Assembly (NCBI GenBank): GCA_963844535.1
Contig: CAWJOP010000002.1
Span: forward strand, 238,013 to 302,012
DNA: 64,000 nucleotides
Reading direction: 5' to 3'
From: an uncultured Gammaproteobacteria bacterium
Lineage (GTDB): Bacteria > Pseudomonadota > Gammaproteobacteria > CAWJOP01
Shown here one piece after another: positions 31,271 through 41,828 of the stretch; position 1 is the stretch's first letter; each line of letters opens with the position of its first letter. A program made the position numbers and the translations under genes. Below the pieces are notes generated by a model. That model had not been told where the DNA came from. It ran no database searches and was given only the letters and a program-made list of their open reading frames with translations.

Positions 31271-31780
31271 TTATTGCAATAGGGCTAGTAATAAATCATA
31301 GGTTAGACGATAAATGCCAGAGTTTTGTGATTCACGTGGCCCTGCAACATTAAGTATTTGAATATGATGCTTATTGATCCACTCTGCTATATTACCGATG
31401 AATGGTTCTTTGGATAAATCAACAATTAAGCATGGTTTTTTGCACTGCCTGGCAGTATTAATCGTTAAGAGTGTTCCACCGCTAGGTGGTTTTTGTAGGA
31501 TGATTAATGTGCCATCAGCCGCGAGTACATTTTTTTGCGTTCTTTCTGTGTAATCAGACGAGTCTGTTTCTTGTAAATGATAGTGTAAAGGAATAATACC
31601 ATCCTCTGCTTTGCGTTTTTTAGGGCAGTAGCCTCCATGAGGAATTTTTAAAGCGATAGCAACGTCTAATGCAGCGCGATCAACTCCTGTTTGGCCGCCA
31701 GAAATAATTTTTTTGATTGGAAAATTAGCAACCGTTGAATTCAAAGTAAAATTAAGTTCTGACAAGGTAATCTTTTCCAT
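31271..31780 (-). CDS. Putative molybdenum-carrier/SLOG-like protein
   Basis: IISGGQTGVDRAALD, RTQKNV..ADGTLI, LNVAGPRES. Confidence 0.85.
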   Translation of the reverse strand: MEKITLSELNFTLNSTVANFPIKKIISGGQTGVDRAALDVAIALKIPHGGYCPKKRKAEDGIIPLHYHLQETDSSDYTERTQKNVLAADGTLIILQKPPSGGTLLTINTARQCKKPCLIVDLSKEPFIGNIAEWINKHHIQILNVAGPRESQNSGIYRLTYDLLLALLQ

Positions 31781-33359
31781 ATTGTGCTAAATAATTATGA
31801 TAATTGCCTAGATAATTTCTAATTCCCTCATGTTCAGTAAGCGCAATAATACGAGTGGCAATACGATCGATGAAATATCGATTATGGCTAACAAATAAAA
31901 CAGTGCCGTGAAATTGTTGTAAGCCTTCGGCTAGTGCATCAATAGACTCTAAATCGAGATGATTAGTGGGTTCATCTAATACCAGTACATTGTTTTTCTG
32001 TAGGATAAGGTTTGCAAGTACCAAGCGTGCTGATTCTCCGCCACTTAACACAGATAGTTTTTTATCTACCTCCTGTTTACGAAATAATACTTGTCCGAGT
32101 ACATTTCTCATTTCTTGTGAGCTAGCGGTAGCATGATGTTCTATCCATTGCCAGACTGTAGAATTTGGTGGTAATTGTGCGCGATAGTCCTGAGCGAAAT
32201 AACCAATATTAGCGGTATCGCTCCATTCATGTTGACCTTGTTCGGCTAGAACTTTATTTAATAAAATTTTTAATAAAGTCGATTTCCCAATGCCGTTAGG
32301 GCCAATAATTGCACATTTTTCTCCACGATGTAGGTTAAAAGAAACATTTTTTAATAACACCCTTTGATCAAATTGTTTACTCAGGCGTTCTACTTTCAAA
32401 ACCAGTTTTCCTGAGGGTTTGTTAGCTATAAAGCGAAAATAAGGTTTAGTAATTGAGGAATCAATTATTTCTGGTAGTTCAATACGCTCAATCATTTTCA
32501 AGCGTGATAAAGCTTGCCGTGCTTTATTTGGAGTTGCACGAAATCTGTCGGCATAACGTTGCATGGCTTCAATTTGTTTTTCTTTGTGCTGTAACTCATG
32601 CTGCTTTTGCGAATGAATTTGTTCTTTGGTTTTAACAAATTGATTATAGTTGCCTGGATATTCAGTAATAGTGCTGTAATCAATATCGAGAATAACAGTT
32701 GAAAGATTATTAAGTAGTTCGCGATCGTGAGATACAAACACTAACAAGCCATTAAAATTGTTTTTTAGAAAATCTTCTAGCCAGGCAATCGAGACAATAT
32801 CTAAATGGTTAGTCGGTTCATCGAGTAACATCACATCGGGTTTTTGGAATAAAACTTGCGCTAGCAATGCTCTTAGCTTGTAGCCGCCAGATAATGCACT
32901 TAATGGACCATGATGATATTTTTCTTCAATACCTAATCCAGTTAATAAAGTTTTGGCAATAGATTCTGCTTCATAACCGCCTTGATGCATGATAATTTCT
33001 TCGAGTGCAGCAAGTCGATAGCCATCTGCCTCATTTAGCTGTGGTTTATTTAATAAACTTTCTTTTTCAGCTAACGCTTTGCTTAAAGCAGCATTGCCGT
33101 GGATTACTACATTAATGACGGATTCGGTTTCGTAACGGAAGTGATCCTGTTTTAAAATACCGATGCTGAGATTTTTTGATTTTTCTACATTGCCTTGATT
33201 TGCAGTTTCTTCTTCAGCTAAGCATTTTAAAAAGGTTGATTTGCCCGCGCCATTTGCCCCAGTAATGCCATAGCGTTGATTAGGCTGCAGAATTAAGTTC
33301 ACATCTTGAAATAAAGATTTTTGGCCAAAATATATGGCAAGTTGGCGAATGTCTAACAT
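31752..33359 (-). CDS. ABC-F family ATPase (YbiT-like)
   Basis: Two NBDs (GANGAGKST, GPNGIGKST, LDEPTNHLD twice), no TM segments. Confidence 0.93.
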   Translation of the reverse strand: MLDIRQLAIYFGQKSLFQDVNLILQPNQRYGITGANGAGKSTFLKCLAEEETANQGNVEKSKNLSIGILKQDHFRYETESVINVVIHGNAALSKALAEKESLLNKPQLNEADGYRLAALEEIIMHQGGYEAESIAKTLLTGLGIEEKYHHGPLSALSGGYKLRALLAQVLFQKPDVMLLDEPTNHLDIVSIAWLEDFLKNNFNGLLVFVSHDRELLNNLSTVILDIDYSTITEYPGNYNQFVKTKEQIHSQKQHELQHKEKQIEAMQRYADRFRATPNKARQALSRLKMIERIELPEIIDSSITKPYFRFIANKPSGKLVLKVERLSKQFDQRVLLKNVSFNLHRGEKCAIIGPNGIGKSTLLKILLNKVLAEQGQHEWSDTANIGYFAQDYRAQLPPNSTVWQWIEHHATASSQEMRNVLGQVLFRKQEVDKKLSVLSGGESARLVLANLILQKNNVLVLDEPTNHLDLESIDALAEGLQQFHGTVLFVSHNRYFIDRIATRIIALTEHEGIRNYLGNYHNYLAQYGKDYLVRT

Positions 33360-33392
33360 AAAAATTTCTGCTGATTGGTGCTAGAAGTAGTA

Positions 33393-33468
33393 GGGCGTGT
33401 TGACAATTCATCTCAAATCCTACGTTCCCGCGGCTTGTCCGCGGGAACGTAGGGTTTGGGATGCGCCC
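33393..33468. mobile_element. Short composite palindromic element flanked by direct repeats
   Basis: GGGCGTGTTGACAATTCATCTCAAATCCTACGTTCCCGCGG...CGCCC flanked by CTAGAAGTAGTA at 33381 and 33468. Confidence 0.75.
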
Positions 33469-33498
33469 TAGAAGTAGTAAATTATGACTGATTTTTCT

Positions 33499-34347
33499 TT
33501 ACTTAAGGAGTAACCAGCATTCTGTTATTAACTCAGTTTCTGCTACTTCATGATCAAAATTATAGTAACAGAATATGCAGGGTAGGTCTCCAAGCGTTTC
33601 ATTTGATTTCGGCAACCAGTCACGATATAAGCCATAAACCGTATCACCAATATTATCGCGCGAGCCTTTGTGAACAGCAACAGCGTATCTGCCCGCAGGA
33701 AGTTCTTTTTCTACGACTTCACCAGTGAGCTTTAAAGTTTTCGGAATAGTGATAGCAAGATCAAAACGAAATTCTTCTGCTGGTACTTGGTTTGGATCGT
33801 CGTATGCAAATCCAAAGGCTTCTCCTGGTTTCGGTTTCAAATCTATGGATTGAGCTTTAGCCCAGGACATCAATTTGTTAACACTATCTCCTAGTGTTTT
33901 TGGGTCGCCTCGATGCTCTAAAACAGCTAAACGCCGCGCAGCTAAATTTTTAATCGTCACATTCATTATGTTTTCTCCTCGCTTCGGCATAGAATACGGT
34001 GGTTTTTCCCATGCAGACCAACTCATGCTTTTCCTAAAATCGCTTGGACTTACACCACAGATTTGTTTAAAAGCCCTAGTAAACGATTCATGAGATTCAA
34101 ATCCCGCATTCAATGCAATTTCAATAATCGTATTATCCTTATCAACAATAAGTTGATGTGCGGCTCTTTTAAGCCGCAGCCACTTTACATATTGTCGTAA
34201 AGATAAACCTGTGTAAGCGGTAAATAGGCGATGAAAATGATATTTTGAAAAACATGCAACATTACTTAGTTGTTCTAAGGTAAGTTCATCATCAAGATGT
34301 TTGCCAATAAAATTTATAACTTTATTGATCCGTTGCTCGTAATTCAT
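33499..34347 (-). CDS. AraC family regulator with GyrI-like effector-binding domain
   Basis: FSKYHFHRLF, GFESHESFTRAFK, C-terminal GyrI-like domain; start MNYEQR at 34347 preferred. Confidence 0.9.
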   Translation of the reverse strand: MNYEQRINKVINFIGKHLDDELTLEQLSNVACFSKYHFHRLFTAYTGLSLRQYVKWLRLKRAAHQLIVDKDNTIIEIALNAGFESHESFTRAFKQICGVSPSDFRKSMSWSAWEKPPYSMPKRGENIMNVTIKNLAARRLAVLEHRGDPKTLGDSVNKLMSWAKAQSIDLKPKPGEAFGFAYDDPNQVPAEEFRFDLAITIPKTLKLTGEVVEKELPAGRYAVAVHKGSRDNIGDTVYGLYRDWLPKSNETLGDLPCIFCYYNFDHEVAETELITECWLLLK

Positions 34348-34539
34348 ATAACACTCATCATAAATATTGTCCTGCTTACATGGCAAAATATACTAGGATT
34401 GAACAATGCGCTTTTGATTATTCTTGCTAAATTCACAGAAAAAGGAAGATAAAAAGCGTATTTTTGGGGGTGGAGATAGATAAATGAGAGAAAAATCTTT
34501 TATTTAAAATATACCTTTAGTTTAGGAATACATTAAATA

Positions 34540-34632
<93 letters not shown>

Positions 34633-34683
34633 GCAAGGAACGCTATAGTAAACGAGAATGGTTAAAGTCGCAATTTTAAGGCG

Positions 34684-36018
34684 CTAAAAACTATTATGAG
34701 TTTTTTCTGCCATTAATATTTCGATTTCCTCAATCGATTTCGCAAGACCTTGACTTAATACTTCTGATCCGCCCGGGGTTACTAGAATGTCGTCTTCAAT
34801 GCGAATGCCAATGCCGCGCCAAATTGGATCAACATCGGTATATTCATCTGGAATGTAAATACCCGGTTCAATAGTGAATACCATGCCTAATTCAAGCAGA
34901 CGCCAATTGCCTTCATATTGATATTCGCAAGGATCATGTGTATCGAGTCCTAGCCAGTGACCAAAGTTATGAATGTAAAAACATTGATAAGTTTTTTGAT
35001 CTAATAAGTCGTCTATATTGCCAGTTAGAATGCCTAAATCCACCAGTCCTTCAGTAATAGTGCGTGCAATAGTGATGTGAATGTTGCTCCAATCGTTTCC
35101 GGGCCTAACTGCAGCTATGCCAGCTAATTGTGCTGCTAAAACAATCTCATAAATTTTTCGTTGTGGCTCAGTAAATGTGCCATTCACAGGAAAGGTTCGA
35201 GTAACATCCGAAGCGTAATAATTGTATTCCGCACCAGCGTCAATTAAAACGAGATCACCATTTTCTAATTTTGCGGTGTTGGCATGATAATGCATCACAC
35301 AGGCATTGGCGCCACTAGCTACAATGCTAGGGTAAGCTTCAAATTTTGCGCCTTGTTGCATAAAAGCATATTTTAATTCTGCTTCAAGTTGGTATTCAAA
35401 CAGCCCAGGCTGACAAGTTCTCATTGCTTGTTGATGGCCTTGCACACTAATTTGTGCTGCTTTACGCATCAGCGCAATTTCATCATCGCTTTTTAATAAA
35501 CGCAATTCTCGAATAATTGGCGAAATATTTTCTAGTTGCCCTGGCATGAGTGAACGTGTTCGAGAGTGTTGTGGCAGGTTTTTGAGCACTGAATGAACGA
35601 TTTGCTCTGCAACTGGATCATCAAATGCGTAAAAAATAGTTTTTTTGCCAGTAAACAATTTAGCTAATTGATTTTCAAGTGTTTCAATTGGAAAAGCTTG
35701 ATCCGCGCCATATATCTCACAGGCCTTTTCTTGTCCTATGCGTTTGCCAGTCCATCTTTCTCGCTCAGGGTCAAGCGGAAGATTGAAGAGAAAATATTCT
35801 CCTTCAAAGTGTTCGGGAATAAATACAGCAACGGCATTAGGTTCTTCTATTCCGGTAAGATAATAAAAATCACTTGATGGCCGAAAAGGATATTCACAAT
35901 CACCATTGCGCATCATGACAGAACCATTGAACACTATCGCAATACTATTTTCACCAAGACAGCTAAAAAGTTTTTCTCGCCTAAGCGCGATTTCTCCAAG
36001 TAATTGTGTGGTAATCAT
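34684..36018 (-). CDS. pepP: Xaa-Pro aminopeptidase
   Basis: DFYYLTG, LIDAG, DVTRTFP, GHWLGLDTHD, TIEPG, GIRIEDD. Confidence 0.95.
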   Translation of the reverse strand: MITTQLLGEIALRREKLFSCLGENSIAIVFNGSVMMRNGDCEYPFRPSSDFYYLTGIEEPNAVAVFIPEHFEGEYFLFNLPLDPERERWTGKRIGQEKACEIYGADQAFPIETLENQLAKLFTGKKTIFYAFDDPVAEQIVHSVLKNLPQHSRTRSLMPGQLENISPIIRELRLLKSDDEIALMRKAAQISVQGHQQAMRTCQPGLFEYQLEAELKYAFMQQGAKFEAYPSIVASGANACVMHYHANTAKLENGDLVLIDAGAEYNYYASDVTRTFPVNGTFTEPQRKIYEIVLAAQLAGIAAVRPGNDWSNIHITIARTITEGLVDLGILTGNIDDLLDQKTYQCFYIHNFGHWLGLDTHDPCEYQYEGNWRLLELGMVFTIEPGIYIPDEYTDVDPIWRGIGIRIEDDILVTPGGSEVLSQGLAKSIEEIEILMAEKTHNSF

Positions 36019-36044
36019 AGGATATGTCCTGAAAATATTTATAG

Positions 36045-36827
36045 TTAAGTCCGAATACCAATGCCCTTTTTTAACATGTAAAGATTAAGCATAAATAAAA
36101 AGATAACCATTAACGAAATAGCGATGAATGATACAGTAACATCAATATCGCTAATTCCCAAAATAGCATAGCGGAAGGCATTCACAATATACAAAATAGG
36201 ATTGGCCAAGGAAACTGATTTCCAGAAAGGAGGCAGTAAGTTGATAGAATAGAAAATTCCGCCCAAATAGGTTAATGGAGTTAAAACAAAGGTGGTGATA
36301 AATGAAGTGTCATCAAATGTTTTAGCAAATAGTCCATTCGTAAAACCGGCAAGAGAAAACAAGGTTGCTGAAAGAATAGCTATCGAGCAGATTTGCAATA
36401 TGCTATGTGCATGTAAGTGGGTAAAAAATAGCGAAATTCCGGTAACAACAATTGCAACGACAATGCCGCGCGCAACTCCGCCTAATACAAATCCTAGTAA
36501 CATAAGAGAATTTGGTAATGGAGAAATTAAAATTTCTTCAATACTTTTTTGAAAACGTGCACCATAAAATGAGGAGACAACGTTTGTATAAGAATTATTG
36601 ATTACTGACATCATAATCAGGCCAGGAATAATATATTGAAGATAACTGTAGCCTTGAATTGGCATAATTCTCGAACCAATAAAGTTGCCAAAAATAACAA
36701 TATATAGAGTAACAGTAATGGCGGAAGGCAGAATCGTTTGAATCCAAATGCGCAAAAAGCGCCGAACTTCTTTGACGACTAAAGTACTAAAACCGATCCA
36801 GTTTGTTTTTAATGTATTCATATTCAT
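36045..36827 (-). CDS. ABC-2 type permease (YadH-like)
   Basis: RFLRIWIQTILP, YIIPGLIMMSVI, PLTYLGG. Confidence 0.92.
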   Translation of the reverse strand: MNMNTLKTNWIGFSTLVVKEVRRFLRIWIQTILPSAITVTLYIVIFGNFIGSRIMPIQGYSYLQYIIPGLIMMSVINNSYTNVVSSFYGARFQKSIEEILISPLPNSLMLLGFVLGGVARGIVVAIVVTGISLFFTHLHAHSILQICSIAILSATLFSLAGFTNGLFAKTFDDTSFITTFVLTPLTYLGGIFYSINLLPPFWKSVSLANPILYIVNAFRYAILGISDIDVTVSFIAISLMVIFLFMLNLYMLKKGIGIRT

Positions 36828-37736
36828 TTAAGTTGAAGTTAAACGGACAAACAATTCTTCCAAGCGATTTGCTTTGTTACGCATACTTTTAATTTGCAAC
36901 CCTGCTTGAGAAAATAAGCCAAAGAGGTTAGTTAAAGTTTGCTGATCATCAATGTCAACTTCTAATGTGGATTCATCTAGCATGCGAATTGAAAAATCTC
37001 CGTGCATAAAAGGCTGCGTTAACGGGTTATCAAGATAAAAAATAAAAGTTTCTGTATGCAATTTACTTAATACATTTTTCATGCTGCCTTGTTCAATAAT
37101 ATTGCCTTGATGAATGATCGCAATATTCTTGCAGAGACTTTCTGCTTCTTCTAAATAATGAGTGGTTAAAATAATGGTAGTGCCATGGTGATTAATTTCT
37201 TGAATAAATTGCCATAGTGATCGTCGTAGCTCAATGTCAACACCAGCAGTAGGTTCGTCGAGAATGAGCAGTTTAGGCTGATGAATTAATGCTCTGGCAA
37301 TCATCAAACGGCGTTTTAATCCGCCAGAAAGATAACCAGCCGGATGATCTTTTTTCTTCCATAACCCCAACTGTTTGAGATAAATTTCTGCGCGAGCTGT
37401 GGCAATTTTTTCTGGTACGCCATAGTACCCTGCTTGTTGTACTAAGATAGTGATTAGTTTTTCAAAAATGTTACAGTTAAATTCTTGTGGAACGAGACCA
37501 ATACAGGTTTTAGCGGCGTTTAATTCTTGATCAATATCGTAATCAAATACTTTTACTTGGCCGCTGGATTTGTTGATTAAAGAACAAATAATGCCGATGG
37601 TGGTTGATTTACCCGCACCATTTGGGCCAAGCAAGGCAAAAAAATCTCCTTCCTCAACAGCAAAAGTAATGCCTTTTAATGCCATTACACCATTGGCATA
37701 AGTTTTAGTTAACTGGTTGGTAGTCAGCGCAGTCAT
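36828..37736 (-). CDS. ABC transporter ATP-binding protein (YadG-like)
   Basis: GPNGAGKST, LSGG, LDEPTAGVD, TTHYLEEA. Confidence 0.93.
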   Translation of the reverse strand: MTALTTNQLTKTYANGVMALKGITFAVEEGDFFALLGPNGAGKSTTIGIICSLINKSSGQVKVFDYDIDQELNAAKTCIGLVPQEFNCNIFEKLITILVQQAGYYGVPEKIATARAEIYLKQLGLWKKKDHPAGYLSGGLKRRLMIARALIHQPKLLILDEPTAGVDIELRRSLWQFIQEINHHGTTIILTTHYLEEAESLCKNIAIIHQGNIIEQGSMKNVLSKLHTETFIFYLDNPLTQPFMHGDFSIRMLDESTLEVDIDDQQTLTNLFGLFSQAGLQIKSMRNKANRLEELFVRLTST

Positions 37737-38655
37737 GAGGGTTCCTAAAAAACTGTTTGGCTATTTTAACATCTTTTGTAATTTGTGCTGAAAGTTCCGT
37801 AAGATCAGCAAATTTTTGTTCATTGCGAATTTTTTTGCGTGGAATAATTCGAATGCGTTGGCCATAGATCGATTGATCGAAATCGAATATATGAACTTCT
37901 AATAATTTTTTAACGCCATTCACCGTAGGTTTTTGACCAATATTAGCTATGCCTGGTAAAGGTTTTGGCCCAAGGTCTAACACATCAACCGCAAAAACGC
38001 CTGCAATTGGGTAAGTGAAATTAAATAAATTAATATTGGCAGTAGGAAATCCTAATGTGCGTCCAAGCTGTTGCCCGTAGGTAACGCGGCCAGAGATAGT
38101 ATAATTTTTGCCGAGTAATTGCTTGGCAAGCTCAAAATCATTATGAAATAGAGCAGTGCGAATACGAGAGCTGCTGATCCACTCGTTTTCTTTCGTTATT
38201 TTTTTAATAACTTCAACAGTAAAACTATTTTGTTGTGCAAGTAAAGTGATATCGCCTTCGCGTTGGTAACCAAAATGAAAATCCTCGCCGACTATTAAAT
38301 GAGTAATGTTGAGGCGTTTAATCAGTACTTCATCGATAAATGCTTGTGCCGGTAAATTAGCCAGGCAATGGTTAAAGTTAAGACGTAAGACGTAATCAAC
38401 CTGGAGTTGGTTAAAGTAGCGTAATTTTTCGCGCAGTGATGTTAATCGTGGCAAGGAGTGTCCAGGCGAAAAATATTCAGCAGGTAAAGGCTCAAAAGTA
38501 ATTACCATCGCAGCTTTATGATGCTTGTTCGCACGAAGGTTAAGTGCTGAAATTAAATGCTGATGGCCTAAATGTACGCCATCGAAATTGCCAATGGTAA
38601 CGACCGCCTGTTGATGATGATGTTGCAGCTTATTGAGACTGCTAATGAACTGCAT
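37705..38655 (-). CDS. ribF: Riboflavin kinase/FAD synthetase
   Basis: TIGNFDGVHLGH, ISSSRIR, GRTLGFPTAN. Confidence 0.96.
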   Translation of the reverse strand: MQFISSLNKLQHHHQQAVVTIGNFDGVHLGHQHLISALNLRANKHHKAAMVITFEPLPAEYFSPGHSLPRLTSLREKLRYFNQLQVDYVLRLNFNHCLANLPAQAFIDEVLIKRLNITHLIVGEDFHFGYQREGDITLLAQQNSFTVEVIKKITKENEWISSSRIRTALFHNDFELAKQLLGKNYTISGRVTYGQQLGRTLGFPTANINLFNFTYPIAGVFAVDVLDLGPKPLPGIANIGQKPTVNGVKKLLEVHIFDFDQSIYGQRIRIIPRKKIRNEQKFADLTELSAQITKDVKIAKQFFRNPHDCADYQPVN

Positions 38656-38657
38656 CT

Positions 38658-40202
38658 TTATGCTCTCTTAAATTCTTGCCAACGCATGCCTAATAAGCGC
38701 AAAACACCGAAGTAAAGCACTATAGCACCTAATAATAATAGCATAAGATGCAAAAGCCGTAATTTCCAGCCCCAATTTATCCAGGCAGCGACGTTTGGGC
38801 TGGCAAAATAGCAAAAAACAGCCAAGCTCACATTGGCGCATAATATTTGCCTGGTGAATCTACTCCAACCAGGTTGAGGGCAATAAATTTTTGTACGATA
38901 GAGCGAATAAAACAACAAACTAGCATTGATCCAAGCGGCAAACGAGGTAGCTAAGGCGAGCCCGGCATGTGCTAGTGGCATAATCAGCGCAGCATTTAAT
39001 AGGATGTTGCTGATCATACTTATCGTCGCAATACGCACCGGCGTTTTGATATCTTGTCTTGAGTAAAATGCGGAGGATAAAACTTTAATCAGCATAAAAG
39101 CTAACAGACCTAATGAATAAGCTATCACGCTTTTTCGAGTCATGATCACATCGAATGCCGTAAATTTTCCGTATTGAAATAAACAGGTAATTAAAGGACC
39201 AGCGAGCAACAGCAGGGCGAGTGAAGCAGGAATACCAATTAATAAATTACAACGAATTCCCCAGTCTAAAGTTGCAGCAAACTCACTATGTTCATTATTA
39301 GCAAATTTTTTTGATAAGTGTGGCAATATCACCGTGCTTAACGCTACTCCAAACACACCCAACGGGAAATAAGCGAGGCGATCTGAATAATACAGCCAAG
39401 AAACGCTACCTATTTTTAAGAAAGAGGCAAAAATAGTGTTAAATAATAAGCTAATTTGCACTACTGATGCGCCAAATAAAGCGGGCAACATTAAGCGAAA
39501 TACTTTTTGTACGCCACTATTTTGCCAATTCAAACTAGGACGTGGTAGTAGATTCATCCGGTACAAAAAAGGCATTTGAAAAATAACTTGGATAACACCA
39601 CCAATAAAAACACCCCATGCTAAACCAATCACTGGTGGGTGGAAGAGAGGAGCAAGAAAAAATGCTGACCCGATCATGGCAATATTAAGTAGTGCTGGGG
39701 TGAATGAGGCCACGCCAAATCTATGGTAAACATTTAAAATTGAGCCTAAAAATGCAGTTAAAGAAATTAATAATAAATAAGGAAAAGTAATCCTTAGCAT
39801 TTCAGTGGCTAGCTCAAATCGTGGCATGCCTGGTTTAAAACCAGGGGCAAATAAGGTGATTAATAGTGGTGAGGCAATCACACAAAAAATGGTGATGCCA
39901 ATTAAAACAATGCTTAGTGCGGCAAAAATATGGCCAATAAACTCTCTTGTTTCCTCAAAGCTATTTTGGTGTCGATATTCAGATAGCACTGGAACGAATG
40001 CTTGGGAAAATGATCCTTCGGCAAAAAGTCCACGCATAAAGTTAGGTATTTTAAAGGCAACATAAAATGCATCGACCCCAGCGGTAACACCAAATAAGTC
40101 AGCTACCACCATATCGCGGATAAATCCTAAAATACGCGATAGAAAAGTCATCATAGAAACTAGGGTAGTTGAGCGAATAAGACTCTTAGGGCCTGTGGAC
40201 AT
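38658..40202 (-). CDS. murJ: Lipid II flippase
   Basis: SRILGFIRD, IPNFMRGLFAEGSFSQAFVP, RITFPY. Confidence 0.96.
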   Translation of the reverse strand: MSTGPKSLIRSTTLVSMMTFLSRILGFIRDMVVADLFGVTAGVDAFYVAFKIPNFMRGLFAEGSFSQAFVPVLSEYRHQNSFEETREFIGHIFAALSIVLIGITIFCVIASPLLITLFAPGFKPGMPRFELATEMLRITFPYLLLISLTAFLGSILNVYHRFGVASFTPALLNIAMIGSAFFLAPLFHPPVIGLAWGVFIGGVIQVIFQMPFLYRMNLLPRPSLNWQNSGVQKVFRLMLPALFGASVVQISLLFNTIFASFLKIGSVSWLYYSDRLAYFPLGVFGVALSTVILPHLSKKFANNEHSEFAATLDWGIRCNLLIGIPASLALLLLAGPLITCLFQYGKFTAFDVIMTRKSVIAYSLGLLAFMLIKVLSSAFYSRQDIKTPVRIATISMISNILLNAALIMPLAHAGLALATSFAAWINASLLFYSLYRTKIYCPQPGWSRFTRQILCANVSLAVFCYFASPNVAAWINWGWKLRLLHLMLLLLGAIVLYFGVLRLLGMRWQEFKRA

Positions 40203-40207
40203 TTGAT

Positions 40208-40666
40208 TTATTCTTTAGTTGTTCTGGACAATAACTCGTCAATAGCTTGATTTGCCAATGCATCAGCGGCGTCGTTACCAGCATGACCGCTATGGCCTTT
40301 AACCCAGCGCCATGTCACTTTATGCAGTTGAACTTCCGTTGCTAAAGCTTGCCATAAATCGACATTTTTAACTGGTTTTTTGTCAGCGGTTTTCCAGCCG
40401 CGTTTTTGCCAGCCTGGGAGCCATTCAGTGATTCCCTTACATAGATAGTTTGAGTCAGTAGTGATAACAACCTTGGCGGATCTGGTTAATGCTTTTAATC
40501 CCATAATCGCGGCGGTTAATTCCATCCGATTATTAGTGGTTACAGACTCTGCGCCATAAATACTTTTTTTGCGACCTTTATAACAAAGTAACACGCCCCA
40601 TCCACCAGGCCCAGGGTTTCCTCGACAAGCACCATCGGTAAACATTTCTACAAAATCTGGCTGCAT
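40208..40666 (-). CDS. rnhA: Ribonuclease HI
   Basis: [30 protein letters not shown]. Confidence 0.97.
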   Translation of the reverse strand: MQPDFVEMFTDGACRGNPGPGGWGVLLCYKGRKKSIYGAESVTTNNRMELTAAIMGLKALTRSAKVVITTDSNYLCKGITEWLPGWQKRGWKTADKKPVKNVDLWQALATEVQLHKVTWRWVKGHSGHAGNDAADALANQAIDELLSRTTKE

Positions 40667-40668
40667 AG

Positions 40669-41403
40669 TTACACTCTAACTGCAGGTTTCACTGCTCGAT
40701 CGGTCACCAATTCTGAAAACTCCCACCTGGAGCGCAGAGGCGTGGTTCCAAGCGTCTTTTTTTTTGCGACTAAGAGATAGCCTGCACCAAAGGCTTTCCA
40801 CATTAATGCGCCATACTTTTCTAAAAATTCCAGATGCTGTAATAAATAATTGTTTTGTATGGGTGGGCGAAAGAAAAAAGTTTTACTGGTTACAATACTG
40901 AAATTCAAATTTGATAAGGCTTGCTTTACTTCAAACAGTGAGTGAAAGTGCCCACACCAAGGAGCTTGGGTCATCTTTCTTTTAAATAATTGGGCTACCC
41001 CCCATAGGCTTAATGAATGAAACCCTATCACAACAACATACCCCTCTCCAACGAGAATTCGTCCAATTTCCTCTAACACTATCTGAAGGTCGCTTTCAAA
41101 TTCTAATACTTGATTCATTAAAACTAGGTCAATGCTATCTGGTAAAAAGGGGAGTGCGTGATAAGAGCCTGCTACAAAAGGGGCAGATTGTTTAAGCCCT
41201 ATATCTGGTGCAAGTGAAATACAATAAGGAATAGGACTGACAGAAGCAAAGTCAATGCCCGGATTAACGCCTAACTGGAGCAAACGTTGGCCTCTAAGTT
41301 TGGGTAGGATCGCTTCTATTTCGGCCCGTTGAGTTTTGGCAAAAGCAGCGCCTAAAGGTTGCTCATACCAGCGGTCTAAATATTTCAGGATGATTCCACC
41401 CAC
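40669..41403 (-). CDS. SAM-dependent methyltransferase (YafS-like)
   Basis: Upstream of rnhA; [15 protein letters not shown]. Confidence 0.8.
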   Translation of the reverse strand: MGGIILKYLDRWYEQPLGAAFAKTQRAEIEAILPKLRGQRLLQLGVNPGIDFASVSPIPYCISLAPDIGLKQSAPFVAGSYHALPFLPDSIDLVLMNQVLEFESDLQIVLEEIGRILVGEGYVVVIGFHSLSLWGVAQLFKRKMTQAPWCGHFHSLFEVKQALSNLNFSIVTSKTFFFRPPIQNNYLLQHLEFLEKYGALMWKAFGAGYLLVAKKKTLGTTPLRSRWEFSELVTDRAVKPAVRV

Positions 41404-41494
41404 AAGCGATTCCTTTTTAAGGTCAATTACATTGCCACAATTTAGCAGAGTTTACTTATTTTTTCGAATACCTCTCTATAACTTTTTAATTCCC

Positions 41495-41684
41495 TTACGT
41501 CGTCCTCGCGCGAGATTGCTCGCAATAAGGAAAGAAGCACTGAACTTTCGCAATCGAGTCGCGGGGATCCAGATACGATAGTGAAAGGATCCTCTGATTA
41601 TCGTGCCTGGATCCCTGGTCTTCGGCCATGAAAACACCTATTTCCTATCACTATCGCGAATGGCCTTCGCCAGGGACGACGTAA
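41495..41684. repeat. Large CGTC-type palindromic repeat
   Basis: TTACGTCGTCC ... GGACGACGTAA ends; inner GGGATCCAG / CTGGATCCC. Confidence 0.75.
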
Positions 41685-41767
41685 CGTATAGATTATGCAT
41701 CGATATCTCAGTCCAGCCACTCTCACATGAGTGGGAGGATTAAAATTGTTTATTTAATAAAGTCAAA

Positions 41768-41822
41768 AATTGTATAAATTTTATACAATTAACTTGACCT
41801 GAGGGCTTTAGGTTCGTAAGAT
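41768..41822 (+). promoter_or_regulatory. mltD promoter with an upstream palindrome
   Basis: AATTGTATAAATTTTATACAATT dyad (41768-41790); TTGACC(41794)-17bp-TAAGAT(41817). Confidence 0.55.
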
Positions 41823-41828
41823 GCCGCG

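Noticed and set aside
41336-41581. 81-aa ORF
   Set aside because: Spans the yafS antisense strand and a palindromic repeat
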